Below are positions 38,288 to 49,402 of a stretch of 64,000 bases of DNA, piece by piece. This DNA is from an uncultured Gemmatimonadales bacterium (lineage in GTDB: Bacteria; Gemmatimonadota; Gemmatimonadetes; Gemmatimonadales; Gemmatimonadaceae), in NCBI GenBank assembly GCA_963850905.1, contig CAWKMU010000004.1, forward strand, positions 352,001 to 416,000, read 5' to 3'. The stretch's first letter is position 1. The number at the start of each line of letters is the position of its first letter. Below the pieces are notes generated by a model, which was not told the DNA's origin, did no database searches, and saw only the letters and a list, made by a program, of their open reading frames with translations. The position numbers and the translations under genes are program-made.

Positions 38288-39225
38288 ATGACTCCACGAC
38301 GCATCGTCTCCTTCCTGCCAGCATCGACCGAAACGGTGTGTGCACTCGGGCTCGTGGATCAGCTCGTCGGTATCACCCACGAGTGCGACTTCCCGTCGGA
38401 GGTCAGGAATAAGCCCGTCGTCGTCCGCAGCGCGATCGCGACCGACCGTATGACCCCGCGCGAGGTCGACGTGGCAGTGGGCGAGCGGCTTCGGCGCGGC
38501 CAGAGCCTGTATTGGGTCGACGAGGAGCTCCTGCGGAAACTCGAGCCCGATCTCATTCTGACGCAGACCCTGTGTGAGGTCTGTGCGCCGTCGGGGAACG
38601 AAGTGTCGCAGGTTCTCGAGACGCTGCCGACGCAACCGGAGGTCCTCTGGTTCACCCCCAGGTCCCTGACGGACATCGACGACGGCATCCGCACGATCGG
38701 TGGCGCGACGGACACGCGAGATTCAGCCAAGACATTGATCGGATCGGGGCGCGCGCGGCTCGAGCGGGTGTCCGCCGCGCTGTCGCAGACACGACACCGC
38801 CGGCAGGTCTTCTGCATGGAGTGGCTGGATCCGGTGTACTGCAGCGGTCACTGGATCCCCGAGGAATGGTGGAGCTCGCAGGCGGGACCGACATCCTGGC
38901 GCGACGCAACTCGGATTCGATTCGAGTGTCGTGGAACGCGGTACGCGAATCGGCTCCCGAGGTCCTCATCCTGATGCCCTGCGGGTTCGACATCGAACGC
39001 ACGGTCGCGCAGGCGGCAGACTTGGTGAAGCAGCCAGGCTGGTTCGAGATCCCCGCCGTTCGGTCGGGACAGGTCTACGTGGTCGATGCCAACGCCTACT
39101 TCGCCCGCCCCGGCCCGCGAGTGGTCACGGGAGTGGAACTGCTCGCCCACCTGTTCCACCCCGACCTGGTCCCCTGGGACGGGCCGCCCGACGCGTTTCA
39201 GCAACTCGACCTGACCCTCTCGTAA
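38288..39225 (+). CDS. BtuF-like cobalamin/iron-complex binding protein; apparent frameshift near 38862
   Basis: RIVSFLPASTE..VGITHECDFP, LEPDLILTQTLCEVCA, EWLDP..GHWIPE, MPCGFD, VDANAYFARPGPR. Confidence 0.85.
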
Positions 39226-39226
39226 T

Positions 39227-39360
39227 GTCCGCACCTTTGCCCGTGTCCCGGCCGGTAGGGGCGACGCCATGCGTCGCCCTCGTGCACCGTCCGCACCTTT
39301 GCCCGTGTCCCGGCGGGTAGGGGCGACGCAATGCGTCGCCCTCGTGCACCGTCCGCACCG
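39227..39360 (+). repeat. 62-bp tandem repeat carrying GTAG-REP palindromes
   Basis: GTCCGCACCTTTGCCCGTGTCCCGGC(C/G)GGTAGGGGCGACGC(C/A)ATGCGTCGCCCTCGTGCACC twice plus a partial third. Confidence 0.88.
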
Positions 39361-39393
39361 TGAGATCCGCCGAGCCACCGGGCGCGAAGCGCC

Positions 39394-40764
39394 CTAGCCC
39401 GCCGCGCGCTCCTGGACCTGCTGCTCCCCACCCTCCGCAACGACCGCGGCCAATGCATCGACGACGCGCGCGTCCAGTTTGCCGCTGGCGACGTCGCGCC
39501 TGAGCACCGTCAACGCGGCTGCGGGTGGAAACGCCGCCCGGTAGGACCAATGTGCGGTGAGCGCATCGTACATGTCCGCGACCGTCAGGATCCGGGCGGC
39601 CAGATCGAGCCGCGCACTGCCCTGCCGCCATGGGTACCCCGAGCCGTCGAGCTTCTCGTGGTGGAGCGCCGCCATGAGCGAAAACTCGGAGAACGCAGCC
39701 ACCCGGGAGAGGATCTCGAACGTGTATACCGGATGCCGCTCGAGCGTGCGCCGTTCGTCGCTGGTGAGTGGCCCTGGCTTATCGAGGATGCGATTCGACA
39801 CCCCCAGTTTGCCGATGTCGTGCAGCCAGCCGGCTCGCGCGATGCGCCGCTGCGCGCCTGCCAGGAACCCCAGCTGCCGGGCAATCCGGATGGCGTAGGA
39901 GGACACGCCAGCAGAATGCTCGTATGTGTACGGCGACTTCGCATCGATGATCTCGGCGAAGGCGTTCGCGATCCCGTCCAGAGCCGGTTCGTCCACGTAT
40001 CGCAACCGGTCCCGCGGCTCCAGGGCGACGACGGTCGCGTTGATCCCAGGGTCGTGGAGCGCGCCCCACCATCCGGCATCCCCGCGCCAGGTAGTGGCGA
40101 TTCGGACGAGCGCTGGGTCGAACCACGTGCCGCTCCGGGCGCGTGCCGCCGCCAGCGCCGCACCGCTCCCCCGCAGCGTGCGAAACCCGTCGAGTGTCTG
40201 CGCGAGCAACACGATCCGCGCGAGCAGAGGGATTTCCTCCCCGCGCAGCCCGTCAGGATGCCCGCGCCCCGCCCAGTGTTCGTCCAGCGACCGGATCGCC
40301 CCGACCGTCGCCGTGGGAAACCCGAGGCGCTCGGCGATCTCCGCCCCTCGCTCGCATCGGAGGCGAATGAGGTCGCGTGTCATGTCCGGCGTGCGCGCGA
40401 TCGTGAGGAACTGTTTCACGCGAGTCGCCAGCGGCAGACCGCGCCCGACCTGTCGCGCCGTGGCAAACGCCAGTCGCACGCGCTTGTGCCAATCCTGGAG
40501 CTTGAGGCCTGGCTTGACCACGCGGTCGTCGGACGCGAAGAGGGCTGCCATCCGCGCGGCGTTGCTCGAGCACCCCGCGTCCTTGAGCAAGAGCGCGTAG
40601 TAGAGCGCGGACCGGTCGTCCGCGCTCAACCCGGCTTCCTCGCCCAATCGCATGCCGATGACACACGACCGCAGCGTGTGTCCCGGCGCCTGTCCCTCCG
40701 TCAGATCGAGCGCGTACGACAGCGCCGAGAGCACTTCGGAGGTACTGACGTGAAGTTGCCGCAC
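39394..40764 (-). CDS. HD-GYP phosphodiesterase with two HD-type domains
   Basis: ALDLTEGQAPGHTLRS, LLKDAGCSSNA, DEHWAGRGHP; DAKSPYTYEHS, LHDIGK, HHEKLDGSGYP. Confidence 0.92.
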   Translation of the reverse strand: MRQLHVSTSEVLSALSYALDLTEGQAPGHTLRSCVIGMRLGEEAGLSADDRSALYYALLLKDAGCSSNAARMAALFASDDRVVKPGLKLQDWHKRVRLAFATARQVGRGLPLATRVKQFLTIARTPDMTRDLIRLRCERGAEIAERLGFPTATVGAIRSLDEHWAGRGHPDGLRGEEIPLLARIVLLAQTLDGFRTLRGSGAALAAARARSGTWFDPALVRIATTWRGDAGWWGALHDPGINATVVALEPRDRLRYVDEPALDGIANAFAEIIDAKSPYTYEHSAGVSSYAIRIARQLGFLAGAQRRIARAGWLHDIGKLGVSNRILDKPGPLTSDERRTLERHPVYTFEILSRVAAFSEFSLMAALHHEKLDGSGYPWRQGSARLDLAARILTVADMYDALTAHWSYRAAFPPAAALTVLRRDVASGKLDARVVDALAAVVAEGGEQQVQERAAG

Positions 40765-40808
40765 GTCCGATAGACGACTCGGCGCGAGGGGTTGGTCACA
40801 GACGGATA

Positions 40809-40939
40809 AAGCGGGTCTGGGGTATGGGGTTTCGGGCTTGGGGAACAAACGCCAAGGGCCAGCCACGGCGCGCCGCAGCTGACCCTTTGGCTTTGTTGCC
40901 CTTACCCCAAACCCCAAACCCTAAACCCCAGACCCGCTT
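40809..40939. repeat. ~130-bp imperfect palindrome with heptamer-repeat arms
   Basis: AAGCGGGTCTGGGGT..AACAAACGCCAAGGGCCAGC / GCTGACCCTTTGGCTTTGTT..ACCCCAGACCCGCTT. Confidence 0.8.
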
Positions 40940-40951
40940 CTCAGCCGTTCC

Positions 40952-42526
40952 TTACGGGCACTGTAAACTCCAACTGCCTCCGCGCGAGGAGATCTCGGAC
41001 GGCGGCAACGTTGCAATGGTATTGTGAAAGTCAGTGGCCTTGACGGCCGCATCGACAACCGCATCTGGGCCCGAGTGCGCGGCCCACGTGGTGTCCGCCG
41101 TCAACTGGAGGCCATACATGCGAATGGCAATGACGCGGTCAGCACTGCCCTCCAAGACCGTCGAGATCCGTTGTTCTTTGAGCAGGCTGTCACGAACTGC
41201 CGTGTAGGTGGAGGCAATCGTGAGCGGGGCGCCGAACCCGCCGGCCTGTTGATGGACCGTGTTGATCAACGAGATCGCGTTCGCGAAGTTGCCAAGCCCG
41301 AGCTGGATTTGCGCTCGCACCAGCGCGAGCTCCTCGGCGCGCACGATCGGAACCGGACTGTTGACCGTCGCGTACGGCAGGTACAGGTGCGGGTTCGCGA
41401 CGCCAGCGTAGGTCCCGACTTGGACCACCTGCTGGTCGACGACGAACTTGTTCTTCCACCGGAGGTCGTTCAGCGTGTCGACATCATTCGTGAAGTCGAA
41501 CGTCGTGACGAACTCGAAATAGTTCCCGTTGATCGGGTTTACTTGGTCGCCCGAGGCGCCACTGAACGTGTGGTAGACCCCATTGGCGTCGAGCGCGAAA
41601 TTGCCGACCGCCGGCGGTTTGATCGCCGCGAGGCTATAGAGAGCGGATGCAGTGAGCGCACTGTCCGCCCGCAGCAACGCGGCCGTGTTGGGCGAGCCCG
41701 GTGAGCTGGGCGTCGGCGCGGCGCCCGTGCCGCGTGCAATGGCGTACGCCAGCTCCAGACCTGCCTTTCCGGCAAGCGCACGGTTGAATGCGGCGAACGA
41801 TCCCGGCGCTGTGCTCGGAGACGCGGTCTGCGAGACCGACCCAAATCCCGCCGGTAGGTTGATCGGCAAGGCGACCGACCCCGCCGTGTTGAGCTGACTG
41901 AACCCCGAGTCGAGCAAGGCAACAATGTACGCCCACACGTCCTTGTTGCAGTACGGCGGGTCTGTCGGATTCTGGTCGATCGCGTACAGCGGGACCCCAA
42001 GCGTGTCGCGAGTCTCGGCCAGATACATGAAGTTGAGCGCCTTCATCGTCTGCACGACGCCAGTGATGGCCGCAGCCTGGGCCGGGGTGTACGTCGAGAC
42101 GTGCGACAGGCTCGCGATGATCAGGTTCGACTGCTTGGCGTTCTCATACTCATCGTTCCATACGCCACAGCAAATGAGGGTGGTGTTGGCGTTCGCCCCC
42201 GGGACGAGCCCGGCGACGTCGGTGAGCGTGTTCGGGCTCGCACCGAGGAAAAAAAACAGGTCGCGCGCGAACCCGGTCGTGAACCAGAGGTAATCGGCCT
42301 GATCGCTGCGGGTCGCGCCAAACAATCCCATCACGGCGTTCTGCACGCCGGTCGCCGACGACGGGATGCTGGTTGGCGAGTCGAAGTACGGGACGGCGGT
42401 GTCGTTGCATCCCAACGCAACGGCGAGCACGGAGGAACCAATGAGCGCGCGCGTCCACGTTCGACGGGTGCGAAGGGCACTGCCGCACGCCGCGATTGCA
42501 GTCCTGAAGAAGAATGTATCGCTCAT
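40952..42526 (-). CDS. susD: RagB/SusD-family outer-membrane lipoprotein
   Basis: Lipobox ALGC; PIVRAEELALVRAQ..AISLINTV; LLKEQRIS..EG; directly after susC. Confidence 0.85.
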   Translation of the reverse strand: MSDTFFFRTAIAACGSALRTRRTWTRALIGSSVLAVALGCNDTAVPYFDSPTSIPSSATGVQNAVMGLFGATRSDQADYLWFTTGFARDLFFFLGASPNTLTDVAGLVPGANANTTLICCGVWNDEYENAKQSNLIIASLSHVSTYTPAQAAAITGVVQTMKALNFMYLAETRDTLGVPLYAIDQNPTDPPYCNKDVWAYIVALLDSGFSQLNTAGSVALPINLPAGFGSVSQTASPSTAPGSFAAFNRALAGKAGLELAYAIARGTGAAPTPSSPGSPNTAALLRADSALTASALYSLAAIKPPAVGNFALDANGVYHTFSGASGDQVNPINGNYFEFVTTFDFTNDVDTLNDLRWKNKFVVDQQVVQVGTYAGVANPHLYLPYATVNSPVPIVRAEELALVRAQIQLGLGNFANAISLINTVHQQAGGFGAPLTIASTYTAVRDSLLKEQRISTVLEGSADRVIAIRMYGLQLTADTTWAAHSGPDAVVDAAVKATDFHNTIATLPPSEISSRGGSWSLQCP

Positions 42527-42527
42527 G

Positions 42528-45509
42528 TCAGAGGCCCAGGTCGAGAGACAGGAAGTAGCTACGGGATGGCGGATACGGTGTGATCTGATCTCCGCGGATG
42601 ACGTTTTGGCTGCCGACCGAGCTGCCCTCGGGGTCGAGTCCATCATAGCCCTTCCCCCACCACATGAGCAGGTTGCGACCGATCAGCGACAGCCGGGCGC
42701 TCGAGACGAACGACCCAGGAATGCGGTTGACCATCTTCGCCGGTAGCGTGTACGCCAGCGAGACCGTGCGCAGCTTGAGAAACGACGCCGACTGCTCGCG
42801 CGGCGTGAGTCCCGCCTCCGTCTCTCGGATGAACGACGCCGAGCGCGCCGAGTCACCCCAGAGCCATGGGCCGAATGCGAAGTACGCGTCCTCGTTATTT
42901 CGCACGAATGCGCCCCTATTCCACTCCAACAGGCCTGACACACGCACGGGGCCATAGCTCACACCGTTGTTCCAGGTCACGTCGAAGCCGGGCTGCGCAT
43001 CGCCGACTTGTAACGGGTAACCGTTTGGCTCCGTGATCGCGTTGTTCACGAGCTCCGACACCGACCGGCCTGGATCGATCCATCCGTTTCGACCGCCCGA
43101 GGGTGCGAACGGCGCGAGCGGAATCGAGTTCACGACGCTGTAGTTGCGGTAGAACGTCAGACCGGTGTTCCAGCTGAAGCTGTTGCGCATCTGAACCGGC
43201 GTCGCGTTGAGTCCGATCTCCGCCCCCTGATTCGTGAACTCGCCGCCGTTGATCCACTCGGCGATGTAGCCGCGCGACGGATTCACCCCCGCCTGCAGCA
43301 GTACGTTGTTGATGCGCTTCTGGTAGACCGTGAACGTGAGTTGGGCGCGCGAATGCAGGAACGTCGCATCGAAACCCAGCTCAGTCTCGGTCTCGGACTC
43401 GGGCTTGACGTTCGGATCCCCCAGCAGCGTATCGGGTCCAACGGCAGGAGCGGAGCCGACGACGACCGCTGGGAACGGGCTGTAGCGCACGCCGTAGTTC
43501 GGCTGCGTCCCCGACTGGCCGTACGCCGCCCGGATCTTGAGCTCGTCGAGGAAGTCGACGAACTGCGGGATGCGGTAGGCCCCGGCAAAGTGTGGATAGT
43601 AGTAGAACTGGTTGATGTCACCGTCGTTGGTCGTGCGTTCGCCCGTGACACCGGCAGTGAGGGACAGCCGCTGCGACAGCGTGAGGACCTGTTCCTGGGC
43701 GTAGAGTGACTGGTCGCGCTGCGCCGTGCGGTTGTAGATGTTGGTCTGGACTGTGCCGATCGAGGGGTTGTTCACGCCGGCGATGACGTTCTGCGACACC
43801 GTGAACGGGTTGAGCAGATCCCGCCGCTCGCGGACGAACCCGACCGACGTCGTCGCGTCCAGCCATGAGAGACCCGTGTAGTGGTGAATCAGGTTGACCG
43901 AGTAGTTGATGTACTGGTCGTGCGTCGTTTGCGTCGTCGCGACCCCGGGGAGCGGCAGGCTCTGTTCGACCTGGAGCTGGGACGGTGCGTACAGCTCGTC
44001 CAATACGTTCGCGAGGTCGACGCCGCCAATCAGCGAGACCTGGAGCGATTGGTGCTCGGTGCTGTACGGGGTCCAGCTCAAGTTCCCCCCGCCGATGAAC
44101 CGCTGCACGTTTTCGGGCGTGCTGATATCCGCCGCGTCGGCGTACGGGTTCGCCGGTCCGAACGGGTTGAGGACCCAGCTGCCGTCAGCGTTCTGCCGGT
44201 TCATGTTGACGAACTGCGGAGTGTACGAGATGACATCGACCGGGCTGATACCATTGTTGTCGTTGCCCGAGATGCCGCGCCGGTCCACGCTGTTCGAGTA
44301 GAAGAGATTGGCCGAGACCGAGAGGTTGGGCCGGAACTGTTCGGTGAGGTTCGACCGAATCGACTGCTTGTTGTATCCGCTGTTGAGCAGAGGCCCATCG
44401 TCGTACTTCGAGAGCCCCGACAGGAAGTACTGCGTCGCACCAGAGGTCCCGCTCACGCTCAGATCGGTCTCGTAAGAGGCCTGGCCGTTGCCAAAGATCG
44501 ACGATTGATAGTCCTGCGGTCCGCCGTACACGCTGGCAATGTGTGCGTTGTCGGCGGCAATCTCCGCCGGCGTGCTGGCGAGCGTGAAGTCGTTGACGTA
44601 CCACGCCTGTGCGCTCGCGAGGGTTGGGAACTGTCGGACGTTCAGGAAGTGCGCGTCGGAGAAGTGCCCGACGTCCTGGGTGAACGCCCATCGGGGCTTG
44701 CCTGTAGTCCCCTTCTTCGTCGTGATGATCACGACACCGGACGACGCCTTGGAGCCGTAGATGGCCGACGCCGAGGCACCCTTGAGCACTTCGATGCTCT
44801 GGATGTCCTCCGGATTGAGATCCGCGATGCGGTTCACACCGAGGTCCTGATCGCTCGGTGCGACACCGCCCGCAGCCGCCGTGATGGCGTTGTTGCCGCC
44901 GTTCTGCGTGTCATTGTCGATGATCACCCCATCCAGCACGTAGAGCGGCGAGGCATTCGCATTGATCGAGGTGATGCCCCGGATCTGCACCTGCATGCCG
45001 CCGCCCGGCGCCCCACCGTTGTTCTGCTGGATGGAGGCGCCCGGGATCACCCCTTGTAGCGCGTTCTCGACCGTCGGGGCCGGGACCTCGTTCACCTGTT
45101 CCGCGCTGACCACGGCGACGGCATTGGCGGAGGCCTTCGCCGATACCGTGGTCGCGACGCCCGTCACCACTTCCGCCTCGAGGTGCAGGACGTCTCGGCG
45201 AAGCGTCACAACGTAGTCAGCCTGCCCCGGTGCGAGGGCGACCGTCTGTGCGAGGTAGCCGATCCGGCGGACTGTCAGCGTCGTCGCGTCGGCGGGTCGC
45301 CGCAGCGTGAACGTGCCGCTGTCGGTTGTGCTCGTGCCGATCGTCGTGCCGACAATGAGTACGACCGCTGCCGGCACGGGCGCTCGCGTCTCGTCGAGGA
45401 CACGCCCCGTGATCCGCCCTTCCTGCGCCCAACCCCGGGCGGAAACCGCCGAGAGTAGCGCAGCAACTGCGACACATCGGGTGAAGCGTTCTGATAGCGT
45501 ACGGCGCAT
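42528..45509 (-). CDS. susC: SusC/RagA-family TonB-dependent receptor
   Basis: Signal peptide, plug NPEDIQSIEVLKGASASAIYGSKASSGVVIITTKKG, VKPESETETELG, C-terminal PYPPSRSYFLSLDLGL. Confidence 0.95.
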   Translation of the reverse strand: MRRTLSERFTRCVAVAALLSAVSARGWAQEGRITGRVLDETRAPVPAAVVLIVGTTIGTSTTDSGTFTLRRPADATTLTVRRIGYLAQTVALAPGQADYVVTLRRDVLHLEAEVVTGVATTVSAKASANAVAVVSAEQVNEVPAPTVENALQGVIPGASIQQNNGGAPGGGMQVQIRGITSINANASPLYVLDGVIIDNDTQNGGNNAITAAAGGVAPSDQDLGVNRIADLNPEDIQSIEVLKGASASAIYGSKASSGVVIITTKKGTTGKPRWAFTQDVGHFSDAHFLNVRQFPTLASAQAWYVNDFTLASTPAEIAADNAHIASVYGGPQDYQSSIFGNGQASYETDLSVSGTSGATQYFLSGLSKYDDGPLLNSGYNKQSIRSNLTEQFRPNLSVSANLFYSNSVDRRGISGNDNNGISPVDVISYTPQFVNMNRQNADGSWVLNPFGPANPYADAADISTPENVQRFIGGGNLSWTPYSTEHQSLQVSLIGGVDLANVLDELYAPSQLQVEQSLPLPGVATTQTTHDQYINYSVNLIHHYTGLSWLDATTSVGFVRERRDLLNPFTVSQNVIAGVNNPSIGTVQTNIYNRTAQRDQSLYAQEQVLTLSQRLSLTAGVTGERTTNDGDINQFYYYPHFAGAYRIPQFVDFLDELKIRAAYGQSGTQPNYGVRYSPFPAVVVGSAPAVGPDTLLGDPNVKPESETETELGFDATFLHSRAQLTFTVYQKRINNVLLQAGVNPSRGYIAEWINGGEFTNQGAEIGLNATPVQMRNSFSWNTGLTFYRNYSVVNSIPLAPFAPSGGRNGWIDPGRSVSELVNNAITEPNGYPLQVGDAQPGFDVTWNNGVSYGPVRVSGLLEWNRGAFVRNNEDAYFAFGPWLWGDSARSASFIRETEAGLTPREQSASFLKLRTVSLAYTLPAKMVNRIPGSFVSSARLSLIGRNLLMWWGKGYDGLDPEGSSVGSQNVIRGDQITPYPPSRSYFLSLDLGL

Positions 45510-46034
45510 TTGCAGCCTCCAAAGGTTGCAAGAAAGGATGTGGAGACAGCGCGAAAGAGGTGGACGCGTGGCTTCCCGTCGTCCCGGACGGGGCGCGGCG
45601 GATCGCGGGGACGGCGGTGCGATCGCCCTGGGCAAGACACAGCACGACTGGGAGAGGGTCTCGAACGCAGCATCATCAGCCGGCTTGGCCCACTCGCAAG
45701 GTGTTCGCTCGTCGCCCGAGAATGGACGGCGATGCGCAAGGTTGGACCAATGTGGTCGTTCCAGTGGTTGCCGCAAGAGCCATATGCAACCGGCCACGCG
45801 ACGCCCACCTATCCGACCAACGGTCGCACCTCGAGACCCGCGGGACCTAGGCGTGCGCCTCGCGGGCAATCGGCGCTGGCACCGCATTCTTCAGGCCATG
45901 TCCTTCGTCCGCTCTTCTTTATCTCCCTCCTCGCACATGACGCAGCGGTCGCCCTTCCAAATTGCGGCCGTTGGAGGCAATGTGGGTGGGTCCGAAACGC
46001 CAAATGAAACGCGCACACCGTTCGGGGAGGCGCC

Positions 46035-47480
46035 GTGCAGAGACGTATGGGTGGGCTGTGCGCAGTTGCGGCAAGCGCCGTCGCCATCATGGTCGGCGGA
46101 GCGCAGGTACCGGGGCAAACATCTGCGACGGCAGGACCGACCGACCAATCGCTGCCCACGAAGACCGGCGGCAGCGAGAACGTGCACCTGGTTGGACATG
46201 TGACGCTCGGCGGCCCGTTTCGAACGGCCGACGCGGATCTCGAACAGGAGCTCGCGCGCCCGTACGCCTACGTCGCCCAGCGGCGCGACCGGCCCGGCTT
46301 CTCCATCCTCGACCTCAAGGATCTGAACAACATCAAGGTCCTCTACCAATGGAAGATCGAGAACGCCGGGTTGCACGTCGGCGCTGGAGGATTGCGTACA
46401 AAGTACTTCAAACTGAACGGCCGGTATTACGTGGCCGCCTGCTTCCAGTTCCGCCAGGGCACGCCAGACGGTGATCTCGGCGCCATCATCTTCGACGTCA
46501 CCGGCCTGCCCGACACGAGCAAAGTGAAGGTCGTGGCTCGCATCCGCACGCCTGACGCGCCCGGCGGATTTCACAATCTGTTTGCGTACAAACACTCCGA
46601 CGGTCGCGTACTGCTGTTCACGACAACGACGGCGAACTACGCCAACATCTACGACATGCAGAAGCTGTTGGCGGGCGACAAGGATCAGGGACTTATCGGC
46701 AAGGTGCCGGTGCCCCCAGGGAACGCGCGGGCCGAGGTGCTACCAGGATTTCGCGACGTGCCGATCATGATGGTCGGGTACCACGACTTCTACGTCGCGT
46801 ACGACCCGGCACGGCAGCAGGACAAGTTCTACGGAGCGGGCGGTGGCGGCTACTACGTGTACGACATCACGAAGCCGGAGGACCCCAAGCTCATCACTTC
46901 GGTTCTCGGCATGGCGGGCGTCACCTGGGGCCACACGTTCACGCCGACGCCTGACGGGAATTTTGCGGTGACGGAGACGGAGTACCAGTGGGCGCCGCTC
47001 CGCATCTTCGATTTGCGCCCGGGCCTCGAGGGCAAGGTGGCCGCGATCACGCAGCCACTCTCCGTCTATCAAACGGATTGGAATGACCTGCTGCACAATC
47101 ACGAGGTGCGCTGGCCGTATGTCTTCGTCTCGGGATACGAGGACGGTCTGCAGATCTTCGACATGCAGGATCCCGCACACCTCAAGAACAAGGGCTGGTA
47201 TTACACCTGCGAGTGCACCCACGCGACGGGCAACGGGGGCAACCCCGACTACAGTGGCACGAGCGTCTACAACGGGGCCTTCGGCGTCATGGTGCGCAAT
47301 ACCAATGGCTTGATCATGATCACCGACTCCAACACGGGCGCCTGGTTCTTCAAGCTCGATGGCTTCACCGGCTGGAACGGGGAAGACTGGGGCATGCCGA
47401 ACATCTCGAGCGCACAGGACTGGGATCACGGCCCGCCAGGCGCTCGACCGCCCACCGGGAAAACGGCAGCGTCGTTGTGA
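46035..47480 (+). CDS. Secreted LVIVD-repeat (beta-propeller) protein
   Basis: Signal peptide; repeats SILDLKD, IIFDVTG, YVYDITKP, QIFDMQDP; His motifs FHN, YHD, GHT, HNHEV. Confidence 0.8.
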   Translation: MQRRMGGLCAVAASAVAIMVGGAQVPGQTSATAGPTDQSLPTKTGGSENVHLVGHVTLGGPFRTADADLEQELARPYAYVAQRRDRPGFSILDLKDLNNIKVLYQWKIENAGLHVGAGGLRTKYFKLNGRYYVAACFQFRQGTPDGDLGAIIFDVTGLPDTSKVKVVARIRTPDAPGGFHNLFAYKHSDGRVLLFTTTTANYANIYDMQKLLAGDKDQGLIGKVPVPPGNARAEVLPGFRDVPIMMVGYHDFYVAYDPARQQDKFYGAGGGGYYVYDITKPEDPKLITSVLGMAGVTWGHTFTPTPDGNFAVTETEYQWAPLRIFDLRPGLEGKVAAITQPLSVYQTDWNDLLHNHEVRWPYVFVSGYEDGLQIFDMQDPAHLKNKGWYYTCECTHATGNGGNPDYSGTSVYNGAFGVMVRNTNGLIMITDSNTGAWFFKLDGFTGWNGEDWGMPNISSAQDWDHGPPGARPPTGKTAASL

Positions 47481-47541
47481 GGAGCTAGGCGCTGGAAATC
47501 GGGTGACGGTGAGAAAGGCCGGATGACGGTTGACAGGTGAC

Positions 47542-47770
47542 GGCCGATCGCAGCGCACCGCGACCGGCCCTGGACCGGTAGGGGCGACGCATTGCGTCGC
47601 CCGCCGTTGCCGTCGTATTTGGCGGTTGTTGCTACCCGCTACCCGCTACCCGAAACCCGTCACCCGCCACCCGCCACGCTACCCGCTACCCGCTACCCGC
47701 TACCCGCTACCCGCTACCCGGGGGTCCACCGTCCAGCGTCTAGCGTCTAACGTCCAGCGTCTAGCGTCTA
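47542..47770 (+). repeat. Composite intergenic element: hairpin + GTAG-REP + heptamer arrays (CTACCCG, TCYAGCG)
   Basis: GGCCGATCGCAGCGCACCGCGACCGGCC, REP at 47578, ~12 CTACCCG-like units, then TCCAGCG/TCTAGCG units. Confidence 0.85.
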
Positions 47771-49232
47771 TTTGAGTTCCACAAACACCACCCCGTACCC
47801 CGACAGACTGACCGTCATGTTCGCCGTCGGAGTGGCGGACGTCGGGGTCGGGCCGGTCGTGGGATCGGTGCCGGCGTCGATCGTGATGAGCTGCGCAGTG
47901 TGGAAGCTGCCCAATGCAGAGAGGTCGAGCGAGACGACCACGGGCGCGCCGTGGCCGTTGTTGTCGCGCAGCGAGGCGACCGCGTGGTCGTCGACCATCA
48001 CCACGGCACTGCTGTCGTCGTTGCGGACGGCCAGGACCTCGACGTCCGCCGTGTCGCTGTTGGTGACGCGGAGGATGTTCGCGCCCGGCGACGACGGGAA
48101 GACACGCTCCAACCAGTAGTCGACCCAATACGACAGCTGCAGCGCGCCGGTGGTGCGATTGAATTCGCCGAACTGGGTGTCGCCGAAAAACGACCACTGG
48201 TAGAGCGCTTGCGCCCCGGCCTGCCCGACCTGCGCGAAGACGTACGGCCGCCACCCGGCAAAGAAGGCGCTCGACCCGCGCGGGTCGGTCACGAACGCGT
48301 TGCCGTTGCACGCACTGATGCCGTTGCCGAGGTTGAAGTCGGCGTTGACGTTGTTCTCGGTGATCCAGATCGGCGCCGACGCAGTCAAGGGATTGTTTTG
48401 GGCTGCAGCCTTGGCGCCCTGGACGCTCTGGGCGAAGACCGGGACCAGCGTCATGATCGCCGCGTCCGTCGAGGCCTGATTGCACACGGAATAGAGATGG
48501 ATCGCGACAACGTCGACGCGGGCCGTGATCGCGGACAATGCCTCGGGCAGATAATTCTGAATTGTATACTGGTCTCCAGTGACCTCTGCGGCGACGAACC
48601 GAAGCGATGGATCGACCGCCTGCATAGCCGTGACCGTCGCGTTGTAGAGCGTCGCGTCCTGGAAGTTGGTCAGGTTGTTGATGTTGGGTTCGTTGAAGAT
48701 GCCCCACCAGGTAATGGGATGTGAGCCCGGCGACGCGTGGTGGCCGTCGGAGGCGGAGAAGCCGCCGGTATTGTAGTACCGGACCATTTGCGCGGCGTAC
48801 GTGGCGAATTGCTGAAACGTGGTGTCAATCAGAATGGCCGTTCGCGTCGTACATGAATGACGGAGCCTGAGCGAGCTGCATCTCGGGACTGTGGTCGCCG
48901 ACCGTGAGCACGGGCTGCGTAGCGACATCCAGGTCCGTGAAGTCCCAGGTCGATGGACTCGTTTGCGGATTGCCATCGGTCCCCGATTGAATGCGGATGT
49001 GCTGGGGCTTGAGCGCGCCAAGGGGGCCCACCGCACCCGGATAGGCTTGGAAATCGTTCACATCGTAGGACCCGGGCTGAAAGCTCGTCGACATCGCCAG
49101 TGCCAGGCGCCCAGTCACCGCCGTCCCGACGTGCACCGAGATCTGGTGTGTGGGCGCCGGCCCCGCGCTGTCCCGGCAGCCGATGGCGACGAGCGCCAGG
49201 GCCAAGGCGGACGCTAGCTGTCGCGTGTCCAT
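47768..49232 (-). CDS. Clan GH-A glycoside hydrolase lipoprotein (GH39-like); apparent frameshift near 48834
   Basis: Lipobox AIGC; WGIFNEPN (acid/base) and IWITENN (nucleophile). Confidence 0.75.
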
Positions 49233-49402
49233 TCGTCGTGCCTCCCAGCGAGTCACCTGACCCTCGCGCAAAGAATCTACAGCCCTGTCGGTGACGCGCG
49301 GACGAGTGCACAATTTGTTCGGGCGCGGTCACGTTGCAATGGTGACCGGCGGGGTGTGGCCACGCCCCTTCGTCGTCCCATCCTCAACCTCGGGTTGCAG
49401 CC

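Noticed and set aside
39227..39360. Possible mini CRISPR array (62-bp period; also 35670-35850)
   Set aside because: The would-be spacers are near-identical, so these are tandem REP duplications; no cas genes are present
47530..47775. ORF with PLPATRY repeats, and other VGATHCVA/VGATHASP-containing ORFs
   Set aside because: These are translations of heptamer and REP repeats, not proteins
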